A stretch of 64,000 bases of DNA. Origin: Sphingobium sp. (lineage in GTDB: Bacteria; Pseudomonadota; Alphaproteobacteria; Sphingomonadales; Sphingomonadaceae). The DNA is taken from NCBI GenBank assembly GCA_040508785.1, contig JBEVME010000080.1, positions 481 to 64,480 on the forward strand, written 5' to 3'. Below, in pieces: positions 20,155 to 30,233 of the stretch; position 1 is the first letter of the stretch, and every line of letters starts with the position of its first letter. The position numbers were made by a program, and so were the translations under genes. Under the pieces are notes generated by a model that had not been told where the DNA came from, ran no database searches, and worked only from the letters and a program-made list of their open reading frames with translations.

Positions 20155-20790
20155 TCAACTAGGCAGAGGAGCTTGGCCCGGCACCCCGAGCCACCGATCA
20201 ATCGCAATCACCGCCGTTTTCGAAGCACGGCGGGCATCCTCAACACGCCCCGCTCCTCGATCCATCGCCTGCCAGCAATTGCTGGCCTCGGTAAATCCCA
20301 ACGTTCCCGCCAGGCCAGACAGCTTGTGAGCGTCGGGCGCGCCGCCCTGCTCCAGAAGAGGAAGCGCGGATCGCAGCGCGTCGCGCAGACCGGTCACGAT
20401 CGGAACTAGCCCCTCCCTGCCAAACAGGCTCTCCATGCGATCCAGCGCGTGTGTTTCCGGCGGGAGCCACCGACGAAACGCGTCAGCGAACACCTCCGCC
20501 GAATCGGTCGGACACAGGGTGGCGTCGCCGAACGAAGCGGACGGCAACTTTTCTTCCGTCACTGCCACGAATATTGTATCGATATCGATATGAAATGACG
20601 GTTCGCCTGTGGGCCCGGTGATGTTCGCGATGAGCATGTCCGCCCCCGCAATGGCGCCTAAATTCCCTGCCTCGGCAGCGGCCCAAGTCCACCCCGACCG
20701 CTCCAGCGCGTTCTTGATGCGCGCACGCAGGCCCTCTTGCAGGTCGAGCAGGACGGCCAAATAGATTTGCGGCGCATTCTTCGATGGCAT
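20155..20790 (-). CDS. Hpt phosphotransfer protein with degenerate receiver-like N-terminus
   Basis: AHKLSGLAGTLGF Hpt motif near the C-terminus; start inferred. Confidence 0.7.
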   Translation of the reverse strand: MPSKNAPQIYLAVLLDLQEGLRARIKNALERSGWTWAAAEAGNLGAIAGADMLIANITGPTGEPSFHIDIDTIFVAVTEEKLPSASFGDATLCPTDSAEVFADAFRRWLPPETHALDRMESLFGREGLVPIVTGLRDALRSALPLLEQGGAPDAHKLSGLAGTLGFTEASNCWQAMDRGAGRVEDARRASKTAVIAIDRWLGVPGQAPLPS

Positions 20791-20859
20791 AGAACCTGTC
20801 CGTCGGATCCGAAGCACATGCCATGCGCAACCGTTTCTGACCAATGATAAGGCGGGAGA

Positions 20860-21516
20860 ATGGCGGAGTATCAATCTGGCGGCCGTGTGCTGATCGCGGA
20901 CGATCACCCATTAATCCGCGAAGGGCTTGCGTTGGCGGTTCGCGCGGTGCTTCCCGGCGTCCGCGTCGATACCGTCGGGCTGATCGGCGACGCGATGGCC
21001 GCGCTTCAGCGGAAGGTGAAATATCAGCTCGTGCTGCTGGACTTCGTATTGCCCGACGCACGGGGCTTCTCAGGCTTCCTCAGCCTGCAGCATGAGGCTG
21101 GGCGTGTTCCTATCGCCGTGATCTCCGCCCATGAGGACCCCATGCTGGTCGAAAGCGCCAAAGCGCTGGGTGCCGCAGGCTTTCTCTACAAGACGCGTCC
21201 CTTCGACGATCTCGCTCGCGACATCCGCCGGCTGTCGGAGGGCAAGCAGGTGTTCCCGGACATAAGTGGCGCCGCATCGGTGACAGATATCCGCGACCGG
21301 ATAGCGACCCTGTCGGGCGCCCAGCTCAGGGTACTGCTCGCCCTGGCAGACGGACGGCTCAACAAGCAGATCGCGGGCGATCTCGGCGTTTCGGAAGCCA
21401 CGGTCAAGGCCCATCTTACGACGATCTTCCGCAAGCTCGACGTGCTCAATCGCGCGCAGGCTTTGCTCGCCATTCAACCGTTGCTCGGCCAGCTGGCCTC
21501 GGAAAGGCTCCAATGA
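20860..21516 (+). CDS. NarL/FixJ-family response regulator
   Basis: LIADDHPLIREG, LLD, LNKQIAGDLGVSEATVKAHL. Confidence 0.93.
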   Translation: MAEYQSGGRVLIADDHPLIREGLALAVRAVLPGVRVDTVGLIGDAMAALQRKVKYQLVLLDFVLPDARGFSGFLSLQHEAGRVPIAVISAHEDPMLVESAKALGAAGFLYKTRPFDDLARDIRRLSEGKQVFPDISGAASVTDIRDRIATLSGAQLRVLLALADGRLNKQIAGDLGVSEATVKAHLTTIFRKLDVLNRAQALLAIQPLLGQLASERLQ

Positions 21517-24014
21517 ACGGCGTAGCCCCGCGGCGTGCCAATCCGCTTTCCTTCGTACTGTTCGCCCTTCTCGTCCCCCTTGTCTTCGCCCTGCTACTGT
21601 TCTGGGTAAATGGAGAATATGGACGCTGGACCAGCCTGCGGGAAAGTGCCGACCAGTCGTTCGAACGGCGGGCGCTGCTGGTCAATATCCTGTCGGAAAT
21701 GCGCGCGGCCGAAACCAGTCAGCGCGGTTATGTCATCACCGGAGACAAGGAATTCGAGGCCGGTTACCGAGCCTGGCAGGGTCATATCCGCCAGTCGTTC
21801 GCCAAAGCGGAACGATTGTATAGTAGAGCCCCGCAGCATCTTGCCGACCTGGTCGAGGCGCGACGCATGGCCGACGCCAAGTTCAGGGAAATGACGGAAG
21901 TTCTGGAGCGCTACGACGCCCGTGGCGCCGCCGTCGCACGCACCCGCATTGCCGATGGCGAGGGCAAGAGGATCATGGCCAGGCTGGAGCAGCAGCTGAA
22001 CGGCATCATTGGCAGGGAACAGGCGATCGGCAATGCGCGTGTGGCCGATTATGATGCGCGCACCGCGGAGCTCCAGCGGGTCATGTGGGTCCTGATCGCG
22101 TTGGGCAGCCTGCTGCTCGCGATCGGCCTGACGGCACTCTGGCGCCAACGCGCCGCCCGTTACGATCTGGAAGTACGCGCCTTCGACGCGGCACGGCGAA
22201 ACAAGACCATTCTCGACAGCACGATGGACGCCATCATCATCATCAACCCGAGCGGGAGCATCGAGACGATCAATAGCGCCGCCTCAAACATGTTGGGCTA
22301 TGAAGCCGAGTGCGTGGCCAGGCGGGATTTCGCGCTGATTTCGGACATCGCGCCGGGCGCGGGGAGCTTTCCGGAACGGATCGGCCTGGTTGACGGGGCG
22401 CTGCAACGCACCCACTGGACCGACCGGCAGGTCCGACACAAGGACGGGCGTCTGCTGCCGGTGGACATAGCGCTGGGCGTGATGCCGCTGCCCGACGGTG
22501 AGCATATCGTCGCCTCGCTGCGCGACATCGCCGAGCGCAAGCGCATCGAAAAGATGAAGGACGACCTCATTTCCACGGTCAGTCACGAACTGCGCACGCC
22601 GCTGACCTCCATCGTCGGCGCTTTAGGACTGCTTCGGATGGGTGAAGCCGGCGACCTGACGGAGGACAAGGCGGGCCTGATCGCCATCGCCGACAATAAC
22701 GCGCATCGGCTTATCCGGCTGATCAACGACATGCTGGACGTGGACCGGATTGATTCCGGCAAGTTGCGCATGGCCCTGAAGCCGCTCGACCTTCGCGATA
22801 CCGTGATGCGCGCTTGCGAGGACAATAGCAGCCTCGCCCTGGCGTCCGGGGTCGCGCTCGACTGTTCGTTGCCGGACGAGGGCCTGATCGTCCAGGGCGA
22901 CGAGGATCGGCTCATTCAGGTTCTCACCAATCTCCTGTCCAACGCGGTCAAGTTCACCGCTGCCGGCGGGTGCATCGCCATCGGCGTGGCGCGCAGCACG
23001 GACGGCAAGCGCGCGTTGGTCCATGTGGATGACGAGGGGCCGGGCATACCGGAAGAGTTCCGATCGCGCATTTTCGGCCGGTTCGAGCGCGCGTCGGTGG
23101 ACGATGGTGGTGCGGGGACGGGCCTGGGACTGGCCATTGCGAAGGAGATTGCAGGCCAGCATGGCGGCGAAATCTGGTTCGAGGATCGGCCCGGGGGCGG
23201 CACGCGCTTCGTCGTCTCGCTGCCGATTGCCCGTCCTGCGGCCACATCGCTGGACATAACAGGGGATGCCAAGATCCTGATCTGCGAGAGCAGCCCGGCC
23301 ATCGCCCGCGCGCTGCAGTCGCAGCTGTCGAGCGAGGGCTATGCCTGCCGTATCGTCGACAATGCCGCGTCTGCGCGGGAGGCTATCGCTGCTAACGGAT
23401 ACAGCCTCCTACTTCTCGACATGGCGCTGGACGATACCGACGCCTTCGATTTCGCCCGTGAGGTACGGCAACTGGAAGGCCCGGAGAATCTGTCGATCCT
23501 GATGATTTCGCCCGATCATCGGGGCTCCGGTTCGCCGCTGCCGCTGGACCTGGTCGACTGGATCGAAAAGCCCATAGATCGGACGCGACTGAGAGCCGCG
23601 ATCAACGCGTCCGTCAGGCGGACAGGGATCGCGCGGCCCACCATCCTTCATCTGGACGATGACCAGGACACGCTGGAGATCACCTCTGCCGCGCTGAAGG
23701 GCGAAGCCTATATACTCAAGGCGACCACCCTGTCCGAAGCGCGCGAGCTGCTCCGCATCGAAACGCCGCACATCGCCATCCTTGATATTCATCTGGAGGA
23801 AGGACTGGGCCTCGATCTCTTGCCCGACCTGTTCGACCGGAACGGTCTGGCCATACCTACGATCATCTATTCCGCGCACAATCTGGTCGCCGATGTAGCC
23901 GGCCAGATCGATGCGGTGCTGGTGAAGTCCCGAACGTCGCTCCCCAATCTGAAGGCCACCGTCCGCCGGGTGGTAGCGACGCGACACATAGGCGAAGGAC
24001 CGGGGCATGAGTGA
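21513..24014 (+). CDS. Hybrid sensor kinase (TM-CHASE3-TM-PAS-HisKA-HATPase-REC-REC)
   Basis: AETSQRGYVITG (CHASE3), SHELRTPL, NLLSNAVKF, DEGPGIP, GTGLGL, two receiver domains. Confidence 0.93.
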   Translation: MNGVAPRRANPLSFVLFALLVPLVFALLLFWVNGEYGRWTSLRESADQSFERRALLVNILSEMRAAETSQRGYVITGDKEFEAGYRAWQGHIRQSFAKAERLYSRAPQHLADLVEARRMADAKFREMTEVLERYDARGAAVARTRIADGEGKRIMARLEQQLNGIIGREQAIGNARVADYDARTAELQRVMWVLIALGSLLLAIGLTALWRQRAARYDLEVRAFDAARRNKTILDSTMDAIIIINPSGSIETINSAASNMLGYEAECVARRDFALISDIAPGAGSFPERIGLVDGALQRTHWTDRQVRHKDGRLLPVDIALGVMPLPDGEHIVASLRDIAERKRIEKMKDDLISTVSHELRTPLTSIVGALGLLRMGEAGDLTEDKAGLIAIADNNAHRLIRLINDMLDVDRIDSGKLRMALKPLDLRDTVMRACEDNSSLALASGVALDCSLPDEGLIVQGDEDRLIQVLTNLLSNAVKFTAAGGCIAIGVARSTDGKRALVHVDDEGPGIPEEFRSRIFGRFERASVDDGGAGTGLGLAIAKEIAGQHGGEIWFEDRPGGGTRFVVSLPIARPAATSLDITGDAKILICESSPAIARALQSQLSSEGYACRIVDNAASAREAIAANGYSLLLLDMALDDTDAFDFAREVRQLEGPENLSILMISPDHRGSGSPLPLDLVDWIEKPIDRTRLRAAINASVRRTGIARPTILHLDDDQDTLEITSAALKGEAYILKATTLSEARELLRIETPHIAILDIHLEEGLGLDLLPDLFDRNGLAIPTIIYSAHNLVADVAGQIDAVLVKSRTSLPNLKATVRRVVATRHIGEGPGHE

Positions 24015-24426
24015 TAAGGGCCTCCTGCGCATCCTCTATGTCGATGACGACGACGACATTCGCCAGATCGTCAAATTGTCGCTGATGCTCGACAAGGCGA
24101 TAGAATTGCGAAGCTTCGCGGGCGGCGCGGAGGCTCAGGCGCTGATGGCCACGACCGACTGGCGACCCGACGTCGTCCTGCTCGACGTCATGATGCCGCG
24201 GATGGACGGCCCGACCCTGATGGCCGCGCTTCGCGCCGAACATGATCTGGGTGCCGCGCTCTTTATATTCGTCACGGCGCGCGCGCGCGAGGCCGACGTT
24301 CGCCGCTATCACGATGCCGGTGCTGCCGGTGTGATCCTCAAGCCATTCAACCCGGTAACCCTGGCGAGCGATATCCGTTCGCTCGTCAGCGGCGCCCATG
24401 CCGTGGCGCCTCACAGGGCCGGCTAG
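24007..24426 (+). CDS. Single-domain response regulator
   Basis: ILYVDDD, LLDVMMPRMDG, ILKPF. Confidence 0.92.
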   Translation: MSDKGLLRILYVDDDDDIRQIVKLSLMLDKAIELRSFAGGAEAQALMATTDWRPDVVLLDVMMPRMDGPTLMAALRAEHDLGAALFIFVTARAREADVRRYHDAGAAGVILKPFNPVTLASDIRSLVSGAHAVAPHRAG

Positions 24427-26015
24427 CCTACGGGCAATGCCTCGCCCTGGGCCACCGCGCGGGCCTCTCGATCGGCGATATCCTCTGGCAGGGTGCGGAT
24501 CGCGCGCAGCAGGAAGAATATGCCGATCGGCGCGAGCAGGTATAGCGAGAGCGCGCCGCTCGCGAGCGATCCCGTCACCGCGGCCAGCTTACCGACCAGA
24601 TAGGGTCCGATGGCGAAGTTGGATACGATGATCAGCATTGAAAACGCCGCCGACCCAGTCGCGCGCATTCGAGGCAGGATCAGTTCCTGGATCACGGAAG
24701 CGGCGGCCGCAGCCCAGCCATTGTGGAAAAAGGCGAAGATGGCGAACGCGACATAATAGGTATTGAGGTCGCTGGTCGTGAACAGCAGAAAGGCCGCCGG
24801 CATCGCCGCGAGCAAGCAGGCCAGCGTGATCCACACCGCCGATCGCAGGTCCCGACGGCGGATGATATCAGTGGCGACCCCACCCGCGGCGACCCCCAGT
24901 CCGCCGCATATGGCCAAGATGATACCCATGGTCACGCCGCCGGCCACCGGCGACACCGCAAAGGTCCGCAGCAGATTGGGCACCGCCCAGAACAACAGCG
25001 CGTTGTGGATACATGCCACGCTTGCCATGCCAGTCACAAGCAAACGGTAGGAGCGGGTTCCGAACGTCAGGGCGAACAGTGGCTTGTCCTGGAATCGGAT
25101 CGTCTGCGCGAAGGAGAAAACGGCATAGGTCGCCAGCGCGAGCGAAACCCATTGCTCGCTGTCGCCGCTGGTGATGGTGAGCCCCGCCGCCAGCGCGGTC
25201 AGGAAGGCGGCGACGATCAGGTTCCACGTCAGCACCGGTCGGCTGCGACCGGCGGCGACGAAGAAGCTGGTCGGGGGCAGCACGGCCGCCACGTCGCCCA
25301 GAAAATCGATCCAGGGACTACGCCTGCTGGCGGTGATCGCAGCGGGTATGTTCGACCGCGGGTCGCGCACGAAATAGATCAGGATTGCGAGCATCATGCC
25401 CGGTATTCCGCAAATCCAGAATGTCGCCTGCCACGCAGCGGTATCGCCGAATATGCCAACACTGGCGCTGAAACGCTCCCAGTCCTGAAGCACGATCCCG
25501 CCGATCGCGAGCGCGCAGCCCATGCCGAGGAAGATGCCCGAAAGATACACCGCATAGGCGCGTGCGCGATGCACGGGGTCGAAATAGCCGGCTATAATCG
25601 CGTGACTGCAGGGGTTCGCAGTGGCTTCGCCGACGCTCACGCCGACGCGCGCCGCCGATAATGTCACCAGGTTGGACGCAAAGCCGCTGAGCGCTGTCAT
25701 GCCGGACCACAGGGCCAGCCCCATCCCCATCAGTCGGGGTTGGCTGATCCGGTCGGCCAGCCGCCCCATCGGCATACCGAAGATCGCATAGAGTGCGGCA
25801 AAGATCGTCCCGTACAGGAAGCCGATCTGCGCGTCGCTCAACGAGAGGTCGGCCTTGATCGCTTCGGCAAGGATGGAGATCACCTTGCGGTCGAGATAGT
25901 TGAACGTGTTGGCGAAGGACAACAATATCAGGACATAGACCGGATACCAGCGCCGCCATCCTGTTTGCGCCCGCGGCTGTTCCTTCGCTATCGACATGTC
26001 CGTTGCGATGCTCAT
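24423..26015 (-). CDS. MFS transporter (spinster-like)
   Basis: FNYLDRKVISILAEAIKADLSLSDAQIG, GRLADR, ARVGVSVGEA. Start chosen from GAGAGGGAG RBS spacing. Confidence 0.9.
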   Translation of the reverse strand: MSIATDMSIAKEQPRAQTGWRRWYPVYVLILLSFANTFNYLDRKVISILAEAIKADLSLSDAQIGFLYGTIFAALYAIFGMPMGRLADRISQPRLMGMGLALWSGMTALSGFASNLVTLSAARVGVSVGEATANPCSHAIIAGYFDPVHRARAYAVYLSGIFLGMGCALAIGGIVLQDWERFSASVGIFGDTAAWQATFWICGIPGMMLAILIYFVRDPRSNIPAAITASRRSPWIDFLGDVAAVLPPTSFFVAAGRSRPVLTWNLIVAAFLTALAAGLTITSGDSEQWVSLALATYAVFSFAQTIRFQDKPLFALTFGTRSYRLLVTGMASVACIHNALLFWAVPNLLRTFAVSPVAGGVTMGIILAICGGLGVAAGGVATDIIRRRDLRSAVWITLACLLAAMPAAFLLFTTSDLNTYYVAFAIFAFFHNGWAAAAASVIQELILPRMRATGSAAFSMLIIVSNFAIGPYLVGKLAAVTGSLASGALSLYLLAPIGIFFLLRAIRTLPEDIADREARAVAQGEALPVG

Positions 26016-26071
26016 CGACATCTCCCTCTCCGACGCGCAAAATGATGCAACGAAGAGAGTACCGCAAACGA

Positions 26072-27028
26072 TTAATTCGATATCTTTTGGATATGATCGT
26101 GCGTGACGTCTCCTCCCGACACGAGTTCCGGATTCTCGGCGACAAAAGCCTTGACCCCCATGACGAAATTGCGCGCAACGGGTGAAAGATGGTGGGGATG
26201 CCACACCATGGCGGTTTCCCAGCGGACATTGGTCGGCAGGTCGTCGATCGGCCGGAAGGCGACGCCGCGCATTCCCGTCAATGCGGCTGTTTCCATATGC
26301 AGTGCGCAGCCCATGCCGGCCGCCACCAGACTGAGCGATGTATGGGTCTGCATCGCCTCCTGCGCGATATGCGGGCTAACGCCGACATCGCGGAATGCCG
26401 CGAGTTGCTCCGACACCCGGTCGGGCGCTTCCGCCTGCGGCGCCATGACGAGCGGCATGGCGCCCAGCTCGCGCAATGTAACGGACGACTGTTTCGCCAA
26501 TGGCCAGTCCGCCGGGATCGCGGCGACGAACCTGCAACGCTCCACCAGGAACTGGTCTCCGCCCTCGGGCAGATCGACGCTGGGATGAACGAAGGCGACG
26601 TCATATTGCCCTTTCATGACGCCGACCATCTGATTGGGCGAACTGACCTGCGACAGGCGAATATGAACGTTGGGATAGGCTTTGCGATGCCGCAGCAGCA
26701 CCGGTGGAAGGACGCGGAACAGCGCCGGGCCGATGAAGCTTACATGCACCTGGCTGGTGCTGCTCTGCGACGCCCGCAGCGTGACCGCGCGGGTCAGATC
26801 AGCCTGCATGAGTGTGCGCTTCGCCTCGTCGAAGAACACCTTGCCGGCGCTGGTCAGCGAAACGCCGCTGCGGGATCGTTCGAGAAGCTGGACGCCCAGA
26901 TAATCCTCGAGCCGCTTGATCGACTGGCTGAGCGGCGGCTGCGCCATGTTCAGACGCTGGGCCGCCCGCCCGAAATGCAGCTCCTCGGCGACCGCGACCA
27001 GGTGGCGCATATGACGCAGATCCATCAT
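26072..27028 (-). CDS. LysR-family regulator
   Basis: MDLRHMRHLVAVAEELHFGRAAQRLNMAQPPLSQSIKRLE. Confidence 0.94.
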   Translation of the reverse strand: MMDLRHMRHLVAVAEELHFGRAAQRLNMAQPPLSQSIKRLEDYLGVQLLERSRSGVSLTSAGKVFFDEAKRTLMQADLTRAVTLRASQSSTSQVHVSFIGPALFRVLPPVLLRHRKAYPNVHIRLSQVSSPNQMVGVMKGQYDVAFVHPSVDLPEGGDQFLVERCRFVAAIPADWPLAKQSSVTLRELGAMPLVMAPQAEAPDRVSEQLAAFRDVGVSPHIAQEAMQTHTSLSLVAAGMGCALHMETAALTGMRGVAFRPIDDLPTNVRWETAMVWHPHHLSPVARNFVMGVKAFVAENPELVSGGDVTHDHIQKISN

Positions 27029-27088
27029 TTTAGACATGCTCCATGGGCACGGCGAGACAGCCATGCTTTGTTTCGAAAGGCCGTTGAC

Positions 27089-27105
27089 GATACCGCCATG
27101 ATATC
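27089..27105. promoter_or_regulatory. GATA-N9-TATC palindrome (LysR T-N11-A type box)
   Basis: GATAccgccatgaTATC lies between the divergent lysR and ferredoxin genes. Confidence 0.6.
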
Positions 27106-27234
27106 TAAAACGCCCTATAATATATTTGATATATCCGGACCCAGGCCGGAAGCAATGGCAGGATCGAAAAGCGTTGCCGATGAGCCAGCAGCATCGCCGC
27201 GACGTTTTCGACCAGAGGATGAGGACCCGAGACA

Positions 27235-27435
27235 ATGCGCATCTGTGTATCCCCGGACTTGTGCTGCGGCGCGCAGCTGTGCGTGGAGATCGCCCCTGAG
27301 GTCTATGCGCTGAACGACGAAGGCTTCAACGCGCTGGTCGGGGCGGACCCCGTCGAGGTCGCGCCCGAGCTTGAGGAAAAGGCCCGCGAGGGCGCGCAAG
27401 GGTGCCCCGAAAGCGCCATCCAGATACTTGCCTGA
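27235..27435 (+). CDS. Ferredoxin, [3Fe-4S]-type P450 partner
   Basis: CCGAQLC..APEVY..GCPESAI; 66 aa; directly upstream of the P450. Confidence 0.9.
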   Translation: MRICVSPDLCCGAQLCVEIAPEVYALNDEGFNALVGADPVEVAPELEEKAREGAQGCPESAIQILA

Positions 27436-27451
27436 ACGGAAAGAGCGAACG

Positions 27452-28741
27452 ATGAGCCGATATAGCGACATTCTCGAGCGCGAAGATCCTCGCGTCGGCC
27501 AGATATTCAATGTCGAGGCCGACACCCTCGATTCAGGCTCGGTACTGATCGACGATCCTTACCCTGATCTCAACAGGCTACGGGAACAGGCGCCCGTGCA
27601 GCAGGGGTCGCTCGGGGACCTGATGGGCTTCAAGGGCTATCACTTCACCAATCATCTCGAAGACTTTCCGACCTACACGGCTTTCAGCTTCGCTGCGGTC
27701 AGCAAGGGCCTGATCGACAACAAGACCTTCTCGTCGCGGGCCTATCACAATCTCGGCACGGTGACGGCGCTTGGCGACTCCATCCTGAACAAGTCCGGTG
27801 CCGACCACCGGATGCATCGCAGTCCGATCCAGCCGATGTTCAGCCCGGAATATGCGCAGAGCTGGTGGGACGAGAAGATCATCGCCGAGACGGTGGAAAC
27901 GCTGATCGCCAAGATCGAGAAGAAAGGCAGCGCCGACCTGTTCCTGGAATTATGCGCCCGGATGCCGGTACATGTGGTGTCGGCCGGGTTCGGCTTCGAC
28001 GCCGAGGACATCATTCCGTTCCGCATGGCGCTCATCAAGCTCAACCGCCATGGCGCTCCGGTGGAAGAGCGGCACAACGCCATGCAGACGGTGCGCTCGA
28101 TGCTCGGCCGCGTGATTACCGAACGGCGTAGCCGGCCGCAGAACGATATCATCTCCAAGCTGGTCGAAGCTCCGCTGAAGCAAGCAGACGGCACAACGCG
28201 CGGCTTCACCGACGACGAGATCATCGCGCATTGCACGCTGATCGTGCTGGCAGGCGGCGGCACCACCTGGCGGCAATTGGGCATCACCCTTTTTGCGCTG
28301 CTGGAAAACCCCGATCAGTTGCAGATATTTCGCGAAAACCGGGCCATGGCGCCGGAAGTTATCCTGGAATCGGCGCGTTGGCATCCAACCGACATCATCT
28401 TTCCGCGCCTGATCGAGGCGGATACCGAGCTTGAAGGCTTTCCCCTCCCCAAGGGCGCGATGCTGCACCTGTGCCTGGGGTCGGCCAATCGCGACCCCAG
28501 ACGGTGGGACAATCCGGACAAGTTCGATATCACCCGCAGCGTACAACGCTCGCTGGCATTCGGCGGGGGCCCGCATTCGTGCCTCGGCCAACATGTCTCG
28601 CGTCAGGAAATGGTCGTCGCCATGAATGCCGTGTTCGATCGGTTGCCCAATGTGCGCTGGGACCCGGACAAGCCCAAGGGCAGGCTGATCGGCGACCTGT
28701 TCGCACGCGGTCCTTCCGCCCTGCCCGTGGTGTTCGGCTAG
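27452..28741 (+). CDS. Cytochrome P450
   Basis: I-helix VLAGGGTT, ExxR (ESAR), SANRDP, heme motif FGGGPHSCLG. Confidence 0.95.
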   Translation: MSRYSDILEREDPRVGQIFNVEADTLDSGSVLIDDPYPDLNRLREQAPVQQGSLGDLMGFKGYHFTNHLEDFPTYTAFSFAAVSKGLIDNKTFSSRAYHNLGTVTALGDSILNKSGADHRMHRSPIQPMFSPEYAQSWWDEKIIAETVETLIAKIEKKGSADLFLELCARMPVHVVSAGFGFDAEDIIPFRMALIKLNRHGAPVEERHNAMQTVRSMLGRVITERRSRPQNDIISKLVEAPLKQADGTTRGFTDDEIIAHCTLIVLAGGGTTWRQLGITLFALLENPDQLQIFRENRAMAPEVILESARWHPTDIIFPRLIEADTELEGFPLPKGAMLHLCLGSANRDPRRWDNPDKFDITRSVQRSLAFGGGPHSCLGQHVSRQEMVVAMNAVFDRLPNVRWDPDKPKGRLIGDLFARGPSALPVVFG

Positions 28742-28766
28742 GCCCTGCGCGTCCGCTTCGCCGACG

Positions 28767-30113
28767 TCAGGCGAAATGAACCCTGCGATATTTGCCCTGG
28801 AGGAACAATAGCGGGTCGCGGTGCGGCTCGAAATCCGCCCGCTGGACCTCTCCAACGACGATCAGGTGATCGCCGCCATCATGGATCGCGTGGGTCGTGC
28901 AATCGAACGACGCGCGCGATCCCGTGAGAATCGGCGCGCCGCCGTCTATCCGCACCGTCCAGTCGATCCCGTCGAAACGCGCCTCGTTCGGCCGCGCGAA
29001 TTGATCCGATGTCGGCTGCTGCCCGATATGCAGGATATTGATCGCGAAAGAGGACGCATTGCGGAAGATATTGAGATTGGCCGATTTCTTCGCGATGCAA
29101 AAGAGCACGAGCGGAGGGTCGAGCGAGACCGAAGTGAAGCTGTTGGCGGTAAAGCCGATCGGCGCGCCCTCGGGGTCGATCGTCGTCACCACCGTCACAC
29201 CCGTCCCGAAACAGCCCAGCGCGTCGCGCAGCAGGCGCGGGTCGGCGCCACTGTGGAAAACAGGCGGGCGTAATGGCAGGCGGCGCTCCAGAAACTCGAG
29301 CAGCGCGGCATTGAACGCTTCCTGGTGATCGGTGACGACATGGTGCCCTCCGCCGTCGATCTCGGTCGTCTCCGCGTTGGTCATCATGGCCCGCATCCGT
29401 TCGTGCGCTTCGCTCGAAACCGAATCGTTGAGCGACCCCCGCACCAGCAGCGTGGGCAGCCGGACCTTCGCCGCCGCCGCCGCGATCCGATCGCTCTCGG
29501 CGATGAGATCGAACCCGGCCAATGTCGACAGATCGCCGCGCCACCGCCACATGCCGTCCTCGCCCTGCGTATAGGCGCTCAGCAATTGCCGTTCGGCCGA
29601 TGGCGCCGGCTCGAACGGATGAACGCTGGCGATCGCCGCAAGCACATCCTGCGGGCTGGCGAACGCATCGGCGCGGCGCGTGACCGCGGCCCGGATGCGC
29701 GCAGCCGTCTCCGCATCCACCCATGCAGTGACGCCGACCAGCACCAGCGCGGACATGAGATCGCCACCGCCCTCGCCGGCGGCGACTAGCGCGGCAAGTC
29801 CGGTGGGGCCCACCCCCACGACAGTCGCCCGCGCTTGCAACTGGCCCAGAATGGCGACGATATCTGCCGCATAGGCACTCAGATCGTAGCTGCCGCCCGG
29901 AGCGGCGTCGCTGTCGCAATGTCCGCGCAAGTCAACGGCGATCGCGCGGCGTCCGGCAGCCGACAAGGCCTCCGCCGCATCGACCCAGACATGCCGGCTC
30001 TGGCCGATAGGCGGCACAAGCAGCACGGTCGGCCAGTCACTATCGCCATATACCGACGCGGCGATCCGGTTTCCCTGTGCCCCGGCAAAAGCCATGGCCT
30101 GTGTCTGGATCAT
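28767..30113 (-). CDS. Alpha/beta-hydrolase-fold + flavin reductase fusion
   Basis: N-terminal DLRGHCDS..GGGHHV..NAALLEFL; C-terminal LRDALGCFGTGVTVVTT, NSFTSVSLDPPL, GGDH. Confidence 0.88.
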   Translation of the reverse strand: MIQTQAMAFAGAQGNRIAASVYGDSDWPTVLLVPPIGQSRHVWVDAAEALSAAGRRAIAVDLRGHCDSDAAPGGSYDLSAYAADIVAILGQLQARATVVGVGPTGLAALVAAGEGGGDLMSALVLVGVTAWVDAETAARIRAAVTRRADAFASPQDVLAAIASVHPFEPAPSAERQLLSAYTQGEDGMWRWRGDLSTLAGFDLIAESDRIAAAAAKVRLPTLLVRGSLNDSVSSEAHERMRAMMTNAETTEIDGGGHHVVTDHQEAFNAALLEFLERRLPLRPPVFHSGADPRLLRDALGCFGTGVTVVTTIDPEGAPIGFTANSFTSVSLDPPLVLFCIAKKSANLNIFRNASSFAINILHIGQQPTSDQFARPNEARFDGIDWTVRIDGGAPILTGSRASFDCTTHAIHDGGDHLIVVGEVQRADFEPHRDPLLFLQGKYRRVHFA

Positions 30114-30233
30114 GCTGAACTCCTCTCCGTCCATACCCGAACACTCCGATTTGATATCAAAATAGTTCGAATATGCGCTTCTTCATTATCTCTATCGTTA
30201 GTATAGCGGGATCACAATCGAGAGGAGAGCCAA

